Origin: Marsupella aquatica
Lineage: Eukaryota > Plantae > Marchantiophyta
Assembly: GCA_973895155.1 (NCBI GenBank)
Contig: OZ316899.1
Coordinates: 11,149,575 to 11,213,574, forward strand
Reading direction: 5' to 3'
Length of the DNA: 64,000 nt
Shown here: positions 25,745 through 37,224 of the stretch, one piece after another
Numbering within the stretch: the first letter of the stretch is position 1
Layout of the letters: every line of letters begins with the position of its first letter
The notes under the pieces: generated by a model
The model's database searches: none
Told to the model about the DNA's origin: nothing
What the model saw: the letters and a program-made list of their open reading frames with translations, nothing else
Translations under genes and position numbers: made by a program

Positions 25745-26548
25745 CTACAGGGTAATTGTCTGGCAGACAAGGTCCACAACAATCTTTTGCCACATGATGT
25801 CTATAAGTGCAGGGTCAAAGTTCAGTACGCCGCCTCCAGAAATACGCTCCATGTAGATAATGATATATACACCACAATTGTAATCATCCCCTTGACTTGG
25901 AATGTTATCTCGGTAAATGTGTGGCCATTCTAATGGACATAACAAGGTACGACCCCGCAAGATGGAGAGGTCCAAAAGAAACTGAGCTACTTTGAACACT
26001 TTTGTGCCATCCTGTGCTTCGGGCACAAGCGGATCAAGTAAATGCAGTTGCCGCAAGGCAGTATCAACCACAACTAGTACCCAATGTTTTGGTCGGTAGA
26101 CGGGGATTAAAATGTACTCGTGCTCCCACATTTGAATGCCCCACCAATATGCCAACGCTGCGTTGAAGTTATATTCCGGAGTTGTCATCACTTGGTAAAA
26201 ATGTGTTGGCAATAACATGGCCTTGGGTTTATGAAGGGTTTGTGCTCTTCGTTCCAGTAAAGCAATGTAAGCATTGATGACGTCGCAAGTAATCCATTTT
26301 TTTGGCCTCAAGCATTTTGAATGTGCCCTCGTCAAGTGCACGTCCTTGATTGTCACTATGACCTCTTTTTGGTCCGCCTTGGGGTCCAATGCCTTCTTCA
26401 CTATCGCCAAAAATTTGGATGGTTGCTTTTGTGCGGGCACTCCTTTGCTTGCAAGCCCCACCTCTTTCACTCCTGCCCGGGGAGTCAGCCCCTCATTCAC
26501 TGGTTGCTCAGGTCTCTCCTGAGCTGCAATGAAGGTAAATTCATTCAA
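25745..26548 (-). CDS. Ulp1/SENP-family cysteine protease domain (peptidase C48), probably the last exon
   Basis: LRPKKWITCDVINAY...THFY...ILIPVYRPKHWVLVVVD...LLDPL...PSQGDDYNCGVY: His-Asp-Cys triad and Gln present. Confidence 0.92.
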   Translation of the reverse strand: MNEFTFIAAQERPEQPVNEGLTPRAGVKEVGLASKGVPAQKQPSKFLAIVKKALDPKADQKEVIVTIKDVHLTRAHSKCLRPKKWITCDVINAYIALLERRAQTLHKPKAMLLPTHFYQVMTTPEYNFNAALAYWWGIQMWEHEYILIPVYRPKHWVLVVVDTALRQLHLLDPLVPEAQDGTKVFKVAQFLLDLSILRGRTLLCPLEWPHIYRDNIPSQGDDYNCGVYIIIYMERISGGGVLNFDPALIDIMWQKIVVDLVCQTITL

Positions 26549-26959
26549 ACATTACTCTTCGGAACTGGAGCTTGATAATCTTATACTTACATGGTGAGTT
26601 TGGAGACTGTCACTTCCTACCGAGCTACTCTCATCCAATTGAGCTTCTTTTGCCCTATCATCGACAAATTTGAGAGTTTTCCTTTTTCTCTCTTTTACAC
26701 AGCGAGGCACTATTTCTTTATGATAGGTATGAGCAGCGTAGCACGGAAGGGTTAACTTCTCCGGCAAGAAATATGCCAAAGCTTCCTCCCACGCAAGCTT
26801 GACAAGCCGTCTGTCTTGGCTGTCCCATTTCGCTGTAGCTGACTCAGTAGTCCTATCGGGAACTGCTACTCAGTTATACTTAAATCCAATCAAATAATGT
26901 ATTGCGCCCAAAATAGACGTAAACAGAAGGCACCTGTCGGGGAAGGTAGTCGACATGGA

Positions 26960-27770
26960 TCGACGGATCTTGGAGAGGCCAGCCAAGATCACTCTTCCTG
27001 AGATGGATCTCGAAGAGGCCAGCCAAGATGACTATTCCTGAGATGGATCTCAGAGAGGCCAGCCAAGATTGACTATTCCTGAGATAGATCTTGGAGATGC
27101 CAGCCGAGATGACTTCCTGAGATGGATCTCGGAGAGGCCAGCCGAGATGACTGTTCCTGAGATGGATCTCAAAGAGGCCAGCTGAGATTGACTCATCCTG
27201 AGAGGATCTCAGAGAGGCCAGCCGAGATGACTGTTCCTGAGACGGATCTCAGAGAGGCCAGCCGAGATTGACTCTTCCTGAGACGGATCTCAGAGAGGCC
27301 AGCCGAGATTGACTCTTCCTGAGACGGATCTCAGAGAGGCCAGCCGAGATTGACTCTTCCTGAGACGGATCTCAGAGAGGCCAGCCGAGATTGACTCGTC
27401 CTGAGATGGATCTTGGAGAGGCCAGCCAAGATCACTCTTCCTGAGACGGATCTCGGAGAGGCCAGCCGAGATGACTATTCCTTAGACGGATCTCAGAGAG
27501 GCCAACCAAGATTGACTCTTTCTGAGATGGATCTCAGAGAGGCCAGCCGAGATTGACTCTTCCTCAGACGGATCTTGGAGAGGCCATCCAAGATCACTCT
27601 TCCTGCGATGGATCTCGGAGAGGCCAGCCGAGATGACAATTCCTGAGACGAATCTCAGAGAGGCCAGCCAAGATTGACTCTTCTTGAGACGGATCTTGGA
27701 TAGGCCAGCCAAGATCACTCTTCCTCAGACGGATCTTGGAGAGGCCCGCCAAGATGACTCTTCCTGAGTT
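26960..27770. repeat. 40/41-bp tandem array, ~20 units, intronic, carrying the MULE palindrome
   Basis: Unit GGATCTCAGAGAGGCCAGCCGAGATTGACTCTTCCTGAGAC with alternating length variants. Confidence 0.93.
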
Positions 27771-27967
27771 GCATGTAGACGAATGAATCTTGGCGAGGTC
27801 CGCCAACATGCATCTCAAGTTAGGACTTGCCCTCGCTTGTAGAGGAGGCCAGACACTATGAATGTCAGCAAGGTCAGCCGACATGCATACATATCGGCGA
27901 GGCCGCTGACTTGTATCCCTCTATTGTCAACCATTGCGACGAGCAAGCAAATATGAAATGAACAACG

Positions 27968-28977
27968 TCAAACGCCAGAAAACTTACATGTTGTTGGGAG
28001 TACTGTCGGCTTTTTCTTCTTGCACTTTTCTGGGTTGGCTTGTGAACGGACCACCTCTTCCTCCTCCGGGGAGATCACTCCAACCAGTTGTGCCAGTTGG
28101 TCTTGCGCACAAGTTCCAAAGTGAGGATAGGATTCAGTCCCAAACACCATCCGCCCGCAATTTTCAGCCGCCTTGAATATTGCCCCAAACTGTGCGTTGA
28201 AAGTGAGGATAGTTGCCCCAGGGTGTGTTGTATATTCGATGATACATTGGAGCGTTGTTGGCGACAATGTGCCCGCAAAAGGATCGTTAACCTGATTCTT
28301 CTTGGATGTATAGTTCGTTAGCCCATTCCTACTCTTCATATTGAGCTCTACACTAATTGGTGCCACATCGTCCTTTGGGCATATCTCCACAGCAGATTGA
28401 AACCCCCACAGGTCTAGCTTGAGATATTTGCTTTGGATCGGCCAAACATATTCAGAGGTCAGACTTCCTCAGTTTAGGATAGTAAGTCATTGGAATAAAA
28501 AATAAATGAAGAAGTAGGTAATTGATGGGACTTACTCGCTTCCCAGTCCTACCATCGTAGGTGGGTGTGTCATTCCAGATAAAGAAGCTTTCTTTCAACC
28601 CCCAATTGGTATTCTCGTAAACTAATGCATCATAAATGCAAGTTGAGTGCCGAAGCGAACCACTGTGCACGATGGCAAATAGTCCTTCGGAATCAAGGAC
28701 ATCTTGAGCAAACTCCTGAACCCGGTTCAAGTCGTCCTCCCGGAACAAATTCCACAACGGGGTGGACTTACCCTCGACCATACGCGTGTCTGTTCCCATA
28801 TGTATCAGAATAAAATCTGCACCAGTCTTCACTCGCTTCCCCCCTTTTCTCCAGGCATTTTGATGCAAACCTTCCCGCAATAGCTTTCTGCACCATGAGA
28901 TCAATTTACTAACTACAGGGGGTTTGGTACCTTCTTTAGCCGCATCAAAAAAAGTTGTAAATAGATTTGGAGATCAC
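27968..28977 (-). pseudogene. Beta-class N6-adenine/N4-cytosine DNA-methyltransferase-like domain, degenerate motifs
   Basis: GADFILIHMG (motif IV position), QDVLDSEGLFAIV (cf. RVLKPxG), FFIWN, then IIEYTTHPGATILTFNAQFGAIFKAAENCGRMVFGTE (cf. LIxxxTxPGDxVLDPFxGSGTTxxAAxxxGRxxIGxE). Confidence 0.7.
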
Positions 28978-29722
28978 CTAAAATACAGATGTCTACTCTG
29001 GGAAGACATGGTATTGGCATAAGGACGCCTTACTCCTTCCAGCTATGTATTATCCTCTTCTCCAAGGGCCTCTTCATCCTCCTCATTTTCCAATGTGGGG
29101 TTAGGTTGGATGGTTGTGGGCGGAACCTCTCCAGTGCCGGGCGGGGAGGCGACTCAGTGGGGGAAGGAAGAGGAGGAAAATCCTCATCACATGCTTTGCT
29201 TGGGCTCCCTTTGGGAGCTCTAGGTTGCCTAGTTTGCTTTCTTTTTAAGGCCTTTTCCTTTTGCCGTGACAGTAATGGTGGCCGGTAAGGCACAGGAGAG
29301 ATATCAGACAAGCGCCCTTCGTCTCCGAATTGTCCTTTGTCCTCTTCCTCTCGCTCCTCTTCCTCTCGCTCACCCACATCATCCTCACCTTGCTGCTTGT
29401 CAGCCAATTCATCTTGTACTTCAGGAGCCTCATGCGGAGGCAAGTCAAATTCTTGCAGTGGAGCCTCGTCTGGACCCAACTCAACTATTGGTTGTTTATC
29501 CTTGTGCCCTGGACCCTGCAAAGCCCCTGGACCGTCCTCAACTGCTGCCTTTGTAGCCGGCTCTACACCCTTGCTCTTGATAGAACCAGGTTCCGTTTGG
29601 ATCTCTGCATGACCTGCATAGGATGCAAATTGATGAGCTTCATGATGGCAACTGCATCTCGGCAAGCCTCGCCAAGATCGGGTTCATTATATGCAAGCAA
29701 CTTATTACTCAACTAATACTTC

Positions 29723-29962
29723 ATCTCGGCAAGCCTCGCCGACATCTGGACTGGACCAGACACTTAATCTTGGAGAGCCTCGTCGACATCTAGACTGGAC
29801 TAGACACTTAATCTCGGAGAGCCTCGCCAACATCTGGACTGGTCCAGACACTTAATCTCGGAGAGCCTCGCCGACATCTGGGCTGGACCAGACACTTAAT
29901 CTCGGAGAGCCTCGCCAACATCTGGACTGGACCGGATACTTAATCTCGATGAGCCTCGCCAA
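29723..29962. repeat. 44-bp tandem array, ~5.5 units, intronic, carrying the MULE palindrome
   Basis: Unit ATCTCGGAGAGCCTCGCCGACATCTGGACTGGACCAGACACTTA at 29767, 29811, 29855, 29899 and 29943. Confidence 0.92.
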
Positions 29963-31563
29963 GTAAATATAGGGGTCTGGATTTCAAAGACGCTCTAAGT
30001 CATCCACCCTCACCGAGATGAGACCCTCATTCCTTTGGTGTTATGTCACCAACCCCAGCCAAGGTTTTTTCCAATGCAAGCAACCACCTGATTCAAAAGG
30101 AATTGAGTAATACCTGATGGGGTTTTTGTTGGAGTGCTTATAGAATCTGACTGACTGGCCTTGGCGGATTGTTCCTTGTCAACCTTCTTCTCGCCTCCTT
30201 CCTTTTGGGCCTTTTTCCCATCATAGGCTGGGTCCATTGGGATTATGGCCTCCAGCGCTATTGCCTGGGGCATAGAGTCCGTCAATTGTCATAGCTTGGA
30301 TATATCGTAGTAATTTTTAGGCTCCTGTTGGTCCTTCAGCTTCATTGCACACTCCTTCTCAACGTCATCAATAAAAGTATTCTAGTCACGGTATTCCATA
30401 TACCATGGGCAGTTTTGACGTTCCCAATCGCAGACTACTCTGCCATTAGGAATTTGGCCATCACATGGATACATGCTAAGGCTCCCTTTTGGCTCCATCC
30501 AAGATGTGAGTGCCCATGGCAGCTCTTTCAATACGGATGCATTCATGTTCTCCTGATTGATTAGAAATCTTGTCACGCACCTCTTTGTTCGCTTTTTCCA
30601 CAATTCTTTTAATAGGACCGTGGCCTTTCCGTCAATCCAAATTTCCCCGCCTAGTTTTAGTGATTTCTCTTGCATATAAGCTCGATAAAGCCTTCTGTAT
30701 AGCTCTGCAAATTCCTCCTCTATCCCGAAAAACTCACGGTACATCTGTCTTTGGTAGGCCTTTGCAACAAAATCGGTCAAAATCACACAACCAACGTGGT
30801 CAATGTAACACCACATTGACCAGACCGCTAACCAGGATCTAATTGCAGCATTACCATTGCTACGTGGATGGTGATACATACTCTTCTCCTCCTCCGTTCC
30901 AAAATGAGCTTTCAATAGCTTTACTCTGCACTCTGCAGTTACCCAAGCCCCAACAAACAAGCGGACCCTGTCCAAGCCAACCTGTACATTCATCATACCT
31001 TGCTTGGCATCCTTTGACAACTTGTGATACAGCTGCCGACATACCGGCATTAACTGGTCTCCATTGGCCGGATTCACGCAGGCCGCAAGCTTGGGGAACT
31101 TGGTGTCCCAGGCCTTGCATGCAACAATAATCATTGCCTCCGTCTCCTCCTCAGTTCTTTTCACACTCCATGGGTGCCCACGAGCTGCGTCTTGTGCCAT
31201 CTCCTTGGAGATATTGATTCGTCCTGCTTCAATGTTTGACCAAGACATGATGTACACAGCGGCTTCTTTTGTCATATTCTTTGAGTACCAAGTCTTCCCA
31301 TGTCCTCGATTTTGGGCCTTCATGAAAGCCTCCATTGTCTCCTTTGACATGAGCAAACTGTACTCCTCCAATGGAGTGTTCAATAGCTTTGCAACCCGAT
31401 CAGCGTCATTAAACCAGGATGTCTTCACGACAGTCGCACTTATCGTGAAAATGACAAACAATACTCATAGCGGCAATTTCAGAGAGGCTCTCCAAGATGG
31501 CACACAAGGTTTACACAAACAGGTAATCACATTTTTCAAACAGACGCGAATGAGAGTACTTAT

Positions 31564-32273
31564 GAGTTGAGAGCGTGCATTGCTTGCTCAACCTTCTTGA
31601 ATCCGTCCTTCCCAGCATTCAAAAGAGAGAATCTGACGCACGGATGGTATTGCAATTGATCCGGATACTCAGAAGCAACTGCGGACCAGGCTGTGTATTT
31701 GTGGTTTCCATCAAAAACCCAAAACATCTTGTCCTTAAGGACTTTGAACTCCTCTGATGCATTGCACTCTTGCTCAAACTGTTCATTGAGCTAAGTCCAT
31801 AGAGGGTCCCAAAATGGCTTGAAGTCTGTCACTGTCTGCGTTTCTCCAATTTCATTGAACTTAGTAATGTGGAACTCACTGAGCTTCACAACATAGTCGC
31901 TCTCTTTGAATCCTTTTTTTAATTTTGCAACCGACTCATCCTGAAGATTCCTCACTGCCTCCATTGGCATGAGCCGGCACAAGGGGATCCGGGGCGGATC
32001 CTTACTAAACTTTGTCTCATACTTGGAGACGATAGACTCCCAGGCTCCCTTCTCAGCAATATCAGCCAATTCCGCCGCTCCAATAGGCTCAAATGATATC
32101 TGCTTTGGCTCAAACTTCTTCTTGGAGTCGACTGACTCCATAAGTGGACCACCCTGTGAGCGCGTCAGTCGAGACGTGACTGGCGAAGGAGACTTGGATC
32201 GTGGTTTCTTACTCCGCTGAGAAGTTTGGCTGTCGGCAGGTCCAGCTCCAGTCGAGTCTTTCCTCTTCGGCAT
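31564..32273 (-). pseudogene. ParB/Srx-like N-terminal domain exon
   Basis: RIPLCRLMPMEAVRNLQDESVAKLKKGF...; reading through the TAG at 31791-31793 gives MFWVFDGNHKYTAW, matching the ParB/Srx DGxHR motif (AGA>AAA would explain K). NLS-like start MPKRK. Confidence 0.7.
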
Positions 32274-32982
32274 TTTGACCTTAGATTACATGAGAAATGA
32301 AAGAGTTATTACTCGGCAATAGCTAGCTCGACCTATGACAAGATCTCAACGAGCCACGCCGAGAGAGCTAGTTTTCAAGGATACATGGGGTCGAGCCTCT
32401 CACACATTTGATTCATCTACAAATGGATTTGACATATCAAGAAAAAGGGGGAGCCAAGAGAAAAACTTGAGAGAATCATCAACGCTCATGGCAAACCACT
32501 GTTGCAAATGCTCACAAAAAATGTTGCCGCAAGCGCTCACGGAGAAGCTACCACTAGCTCACTGCCTCAAAACACCAATGCAATCCAGTAGACACAATAA
32601 CAGGGTTGCATAGGAAAGTTTATCGTGAGTGGGACGACTGAAGAAGAGCAGGAACAACGCGGATGTGAGCACGGAGAAGTGAGAGATTGCACAGACCAAT
32701 ATGCGAAGATTGAGGAAGAGCGCGGATTAGAGCGCGAACGAGTAAGGGATTGCGCAAAAGAGTAAGGCAGAGTGAGAAGGTCCGGGGATTAGTGATAAAG
32801 ACAAGCGCCAAACCTAAGGTCACACCGTGGAAGAGTGACGAGGAAGGAACGACATCCAATTCAAGGAATAACATACCTGTCGCACGTACTGCACAACACT
32901 AAAGTACGCAATAGATACGGGAGATCCTAACTATACTTCGATACGTACATGTTGTTAACAGCCCAAACAAGAAAGTACACAA

Positions 32983-34598
32983 TGCTAACGCGAGTACTGA
33001 CCACCACTAGTACGAGAGAGTTTAGGGTACATTTAGGGTACAATTAGGGACTTTGGCCTACAACTCAAATGAGTCCAAATGAGACCACGGGTTAGCTCTA
33101 CTCGGGTTAGATAGGATAGCTCGGTTAGCGGAACTCGGGTTAGCTATGTAACTCGGGTTAGCATAGCAGTGAGTACCCCCTCTTGGTTATGGGGGCATAA
33201 CTTTTTGTGTATTTGACCAAATCGGCTACAATTGACCTCGTTGGAAAGAGGAGCTCAAGCCGTTTCCAACGCTGCTATCCACGCAGTAAATGGTTGAATA
33301 GAGAAATCGGGAGAGGAGGCGCAAGCTCACAAAAACCATGGAGGAGGGCCAAATCCGAAGAACATAGCCAATTCGAGATAGAAATAAAGTTGCGAGTTAG
33401 GGTTCAGTAGTTAGAGATAGTGGCGGCTCTGTTAGGGCTGGGATGGGGCTCCAGCAACGTAGTATCCACCCATTTGGGCTCAGTATGAGAGTATATAGAG
33501 CTGCCCCCCGGTAGAGGCAGGACTTCAGTTGTGTGATCTCACGTAGACTGAGCAACAGGGAGGAGCTCTGTGCAAGGAAGGCTGGGCTTGGAAGCTGTGT
33601 GTTGGGGAGAGCTTGGTTGTGCTATTACTCAAGGAGTCATGAGCCACGCTTCACGACAATAGTTGGCCAGGTTTGCAAGTTGGATTGTGGCTCTTTCTAG
33701 TAGGCAACACAACTGGGTTCTTTTCCCCCCATACAGAGCCTTGGTGATAGTTGATGTGTTGGTGATTGTAAACTGCGGGGAGGATTTCAATGTGATTTGC
33801 GGTGAGCACATTAGGAAGGCTGAGACACTGATTGAGGGGCAGCAAGAGGAGCATTTACAGTTCAGTTTGGCGAGGCTACGTGATCCATGGGGAGTCCCGG
33901 CCTTTGTCTGGTAGAGAGCACTAAGGGATTTATGGCCAGAGCTGAGCTTGCAGGGCAAGCGTGAGGCCGGGCCTCATTGCAGTCTGGGATAGATTGTCGT
34001 TAGGCTTGGTACCAGCTTTGAAGTTGAGTCAACTGTGCATCCGTAACTTGACGTTCTAAATTGGAGGTGTGAGATCTGTATGTGCCCCCAAGAATGAAGT
34101 GCAGTGAAGGAGGTTGAGTTTAGGATTGAGTTTGCAAGGCAAGTACGGGATTGGTTTGAGTCCAATCTGCCGTCGCAATCTGGAGTGAGTCGGGCTCAGG
34201 TTCAGGATTGAGCTTGCATGGCAAGCACGGGGCTTGCGGGGCAAGCACGTCGCAATCTAGAGGAGACAGCCTTTGGGCCTATTGTTCGGATCAAGTGTTC
34301 TCAGTGAACTATTGTGCACATCTTTGAATCTAATTGAGTTTTCCTCTTAGGCCTCATTTCTCTCATGGATGTGTGTGTTTGTGAGGCAATCTGAGTGTAT
34401 GATGGGACTAGCAGCGCCACTGAGAGGTGTACCGGGTGCATTGAAGTGGGTTGGGTGAGGGCTGTCACAGCTCTGTTGCTGAGAGTGGAATGGTAGAGTG
34501 GTGGGGCAATGGCTTAGAAGTCCCTAAGCCGGGAATCAGTCAAGAGTCACTGGTTTATGGGTACATTCTGGTGGCGGAATAGAAATATACCTATGACA
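32983..34598. mobile_element. Probable solo LTR inserted upstream of the ParB gene
   Basis: TG...CA-bounded block lacking the MULE palindrome, TATA-like GTATATAGAG near 33490; interrupts the upstream module shared with 17601-17716. TSD not convincing, so boundaries are uncertain. Confidence 0.4.
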
Positions 34599-34894
34599 GT
34601 AAGCATACGTATAGACATATGCGCACCATAGCGCTAGGCCCTGTGTGTACGGGCCCGATATGAAGACCCCTTCTCACCAGAACTATCATGAGCACATGAT
34701 CTGATTCCCAACCTTGGTTCTTAGGATTGAGCTTGGGTGATGTGTGACGGAGTCTTGCTATGATAGTCTGGTGTTAAGGGCATAAACTGGTGTTTACCGG
34801 CCTTCACAACATCCCTTCGTGATCCTCAGGTACAAGGAGATGGTTTTGGCACCCATAGTGATGTTTTTGGTGTTAAGACCCATGTCAATCGTGT

Positions 34895-35767
34895 GACATA
34901 TTCCATTTCAAAGGAAGGACCCAAATTGGTTCTATCCAACATCCGATGTCAAAGACCCTCTCTGAGATGGAGTGGTGTGGCCCAAACGTCCAGACGACAA
35001 AAATTGTCAATCGCGTCTTGGGTGGAAAGGGAAGCGAGATTGCAACCCAATTGCTTGGAGACCCTCTCTGAGATGGAGCCGTGTGCCCCAAGTGGCTAGA
35101 GAGCAGTTCTCCCAGATTGCCTATTGGGTCAGAAAGGTCGCCAAATGAGACCCACCCTCTCGGAGACCCTCTCTGAGATGGAGTCGTGGGCGTACTTTGG
35201 CCAGATGACACCACTTGTGGACCCTGTTAACAGTTTCAAAGGGTTAGCTACAACATACACTGTGTCTCTCAAAGATCCTCTCCAAGATGAAATTAAGGGT
35301 ATTCCGTTTCAAAGGAAGGACCCAAATTGGTTCTATCCCACATTCCATGTCAGAGACCCTCTCTGAGATGGAGTGGTGTGGCCCGAACGGCCAGACGGCA
35401 AAAATTGTCAATCGCATCTTGGGTGGAAAGGGAAGCAAGATTGCAACCCAATCGCTCGGAGACCCTCTCTGAGATGCAGCCGTGTGCCCCAAGTGGCCAG
35501 AGAGCAGTTCTCCCAGATCGCCTATTGGGTCAGAAAGGTCGCCAAATGAGACCTAGGCTCTCGGAGACCCTCTCTGAGATGGAGTCGTGGGCGTACTTTG
35601 GCCAGATGACACCACTTGTGGACCCTGTTAACAGTTTCAAAGGGTTAGCTACAACATACACTGTGTCTCTCAGAGACCCTCTCCGAGATGAAATTAAGGG
35701 TATTCCGTTTCAAAGGAAGGACCCAAATTGGTTCTATCCCACATTCGATGTGAGAGACCCTCTCCAA
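34895..35767. repeat. ~401-bp tandem repeat (just over 2 units) rich in the MULE palindrome
   Basis: TTTCAAAGGAAGGACCCAAATTGG at 34906, 35307 and 35708; several GAGACCCTCTCTGAGAT per unit. Confidence 0.9.
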
Positions 35768-35924
35768 AATACAAGGATGAACCCAAAAGTGCATGCAAAA
35801 ACTGACCGTACAGTACTTTTCAATGTTTTTACAATGTAATTCTATACGGATCGCGTGTCTGTACAAATGTACCATCTCAGAGAGGCTCGTCGAGTACAAA
35901 TACTGTTGCCCAAATGACCGGAGT

Positions 35925-36760
35925 CCATCTCAGAGACCCCCGCCGAGAATAATTTAGGGTGGAAACTAAATGAAACTTCGAGTGAGGAAGTGTTATGTGG
36001 GCCGCAAGTGTCCCTAATCCACCATAGAGAGGCTCGCCAGATAGCGCAACCGTATGTCAGAGACCCTCGCCGAGTAGGATTCTAGGTAAAAGTCTATGAG
36101 AATCCATCTCAGAATCGCAGAGACCCCCGCCGAGAATGACTTGGGATGAAAAGTAAATGACACTCAACGACCAAGGAAGCTAGTCCCTAATCCACCACAG
36201 AGAGGCTCGCCAGATAGCGCGACCGCATGTCAAAGACCCTCGCCGAGTAGGATTCTAGGTAAAAGTCTATGAGAATCCATCTCAGAATCTCAGAGACCCC
36301 CGCCGAGAATGACTTGGGATGAAAAGTAAATGACACTCAGCAACCAAGGAAGTCCCTAATCCACACAAAGAGGCTTGCCAGATAGCGCGACCGCATGTCA
36401 GAGACCCTCGCCGAGTAGGATTCTAGGTAAAAGTCTATGAGAATCCATCTCAGAATCTCGGAGACCCCCGTCGAGAATGACTTGGGATGAAAAGTAAATG
36501 ACACTCAGCGACCAAGGAAGTCCCTAATCCACCATAGAGAGGCTCGCCAGATAGCGCGACCGCATGTCAGAGACCCTTGCCGAGTAGGATTCTAGGTAAA
36601 AGTCTATGAGAATCCATCTCAGAATCTCGGAGACCCCCGCCAAGAATGACTTGGGATGAAAAGTAAATGACACTCAACGACCGAGGAAGTCCCTAATCCA
36701 CCACAAAGAGGCTCGCTAGATAGCGTGACCGCATGTCAGAGACCCTCACCGAGTAGGAAG
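35925..36760. repeat. ~169-172-bp tandem repeat (~5 units), about three palindrome variants per unit
   Basis: GAGTAGGATTCTAGGTAAAAGTCTATGAG at ~36073, 36245, 36413 and 36582. Confidence 0.92.
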
Positions 36761-37224
36761 TTGGAAGGCTATTTATTCATCCTTCAAGTCAGGCATTTTT
36801 GCAGAGGGGATTATAAGCCACACAACGAAAGAAGAAGAAATGTTTTAGGCAAGGCCGGACGGAATCTTGGAGAATATACTAATTCCCAAAGTTTGCATGT
36901 ACCTTCTTGGCGGCTGCTGGCAAATATGTACCTTGTACATGTGCAGAATCTGTACCTTCTTGGCGGCCGCTAGCAAATAGGTACCTTCTTTATGGTACAG
37001 TTGTTATATGTACGCTCCGGATTCTACAATCGTTATATGGTACGCACGTTGTCCGGAACGGTATTCTTGGCGTAAAGTATGGGTACTTTAACATCTGATG
37101 TACCGCCCAAGTTCTCAGCCTGAAAGTGCGGTATTATTAGCATAAAGTGGTACCAAGACTTTAACGTCTGATGTATAAAGCCGAAGGCCTGGGGACTAAC
37201 ATTCCCAGTGTGGATTTGGGACAC

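Larger units (their letters stand above)
25745..32273 (-). pseudogene. Predicted spliced MULE cargo gene: basic N-terminus, ParB/Srx-like domain, helical region, acidic linker, degenerate N6/N4-MTase fold, Ulp1 protease
   Basis: Minus-strand exon blocks at about 32273-31564, 31440-30113, 29613-29034, 28977-28536, 28465-27990, 26866-26589 and 26518-25745. Checked joins are phase-compatible GT..AG (e.g. TCAG|GTATT to GCAG|GTCAT; ACAT|GTAAGT to TAG|CAG); one donor reads ATAAGT. Several TAG/TGA and frameshift lesions. Confidence 0.62.

Noticed and set aside
27968-28977. Active DNA methyltransferase
   Set aside because: No xPPY or FxGxG motif, and this copy has a frameshift near 28950. Only the fold is supported.
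27968-32273. Bacterial or phage contamination suggested by ParB and MTase motifs
   Set aside because: The gene has spliceosomal-type introns containing the MULE motif, shows plant-like transition decay, and lies between MULE termini with a TSD.
33005-33015. CACTAGTA as a third CACTA terminus
   Set aside because: The match stops after 8 bp, with no subterminal repeats or CACTA coding sequence.
34659-34808. 150-bp segment with imperfect inverted ends (TATGAAGACC...GGCCTTCACA) as a mini-LTR
   Set aside because: No TSD and no second copy in the window.
34885-35899. ORFs of 60-170 aa within the 401-bp repeats (also 27482-27884 and 45900-46164)
   Set aside because: Products of tandem-repeat sequence with no protein-like features.
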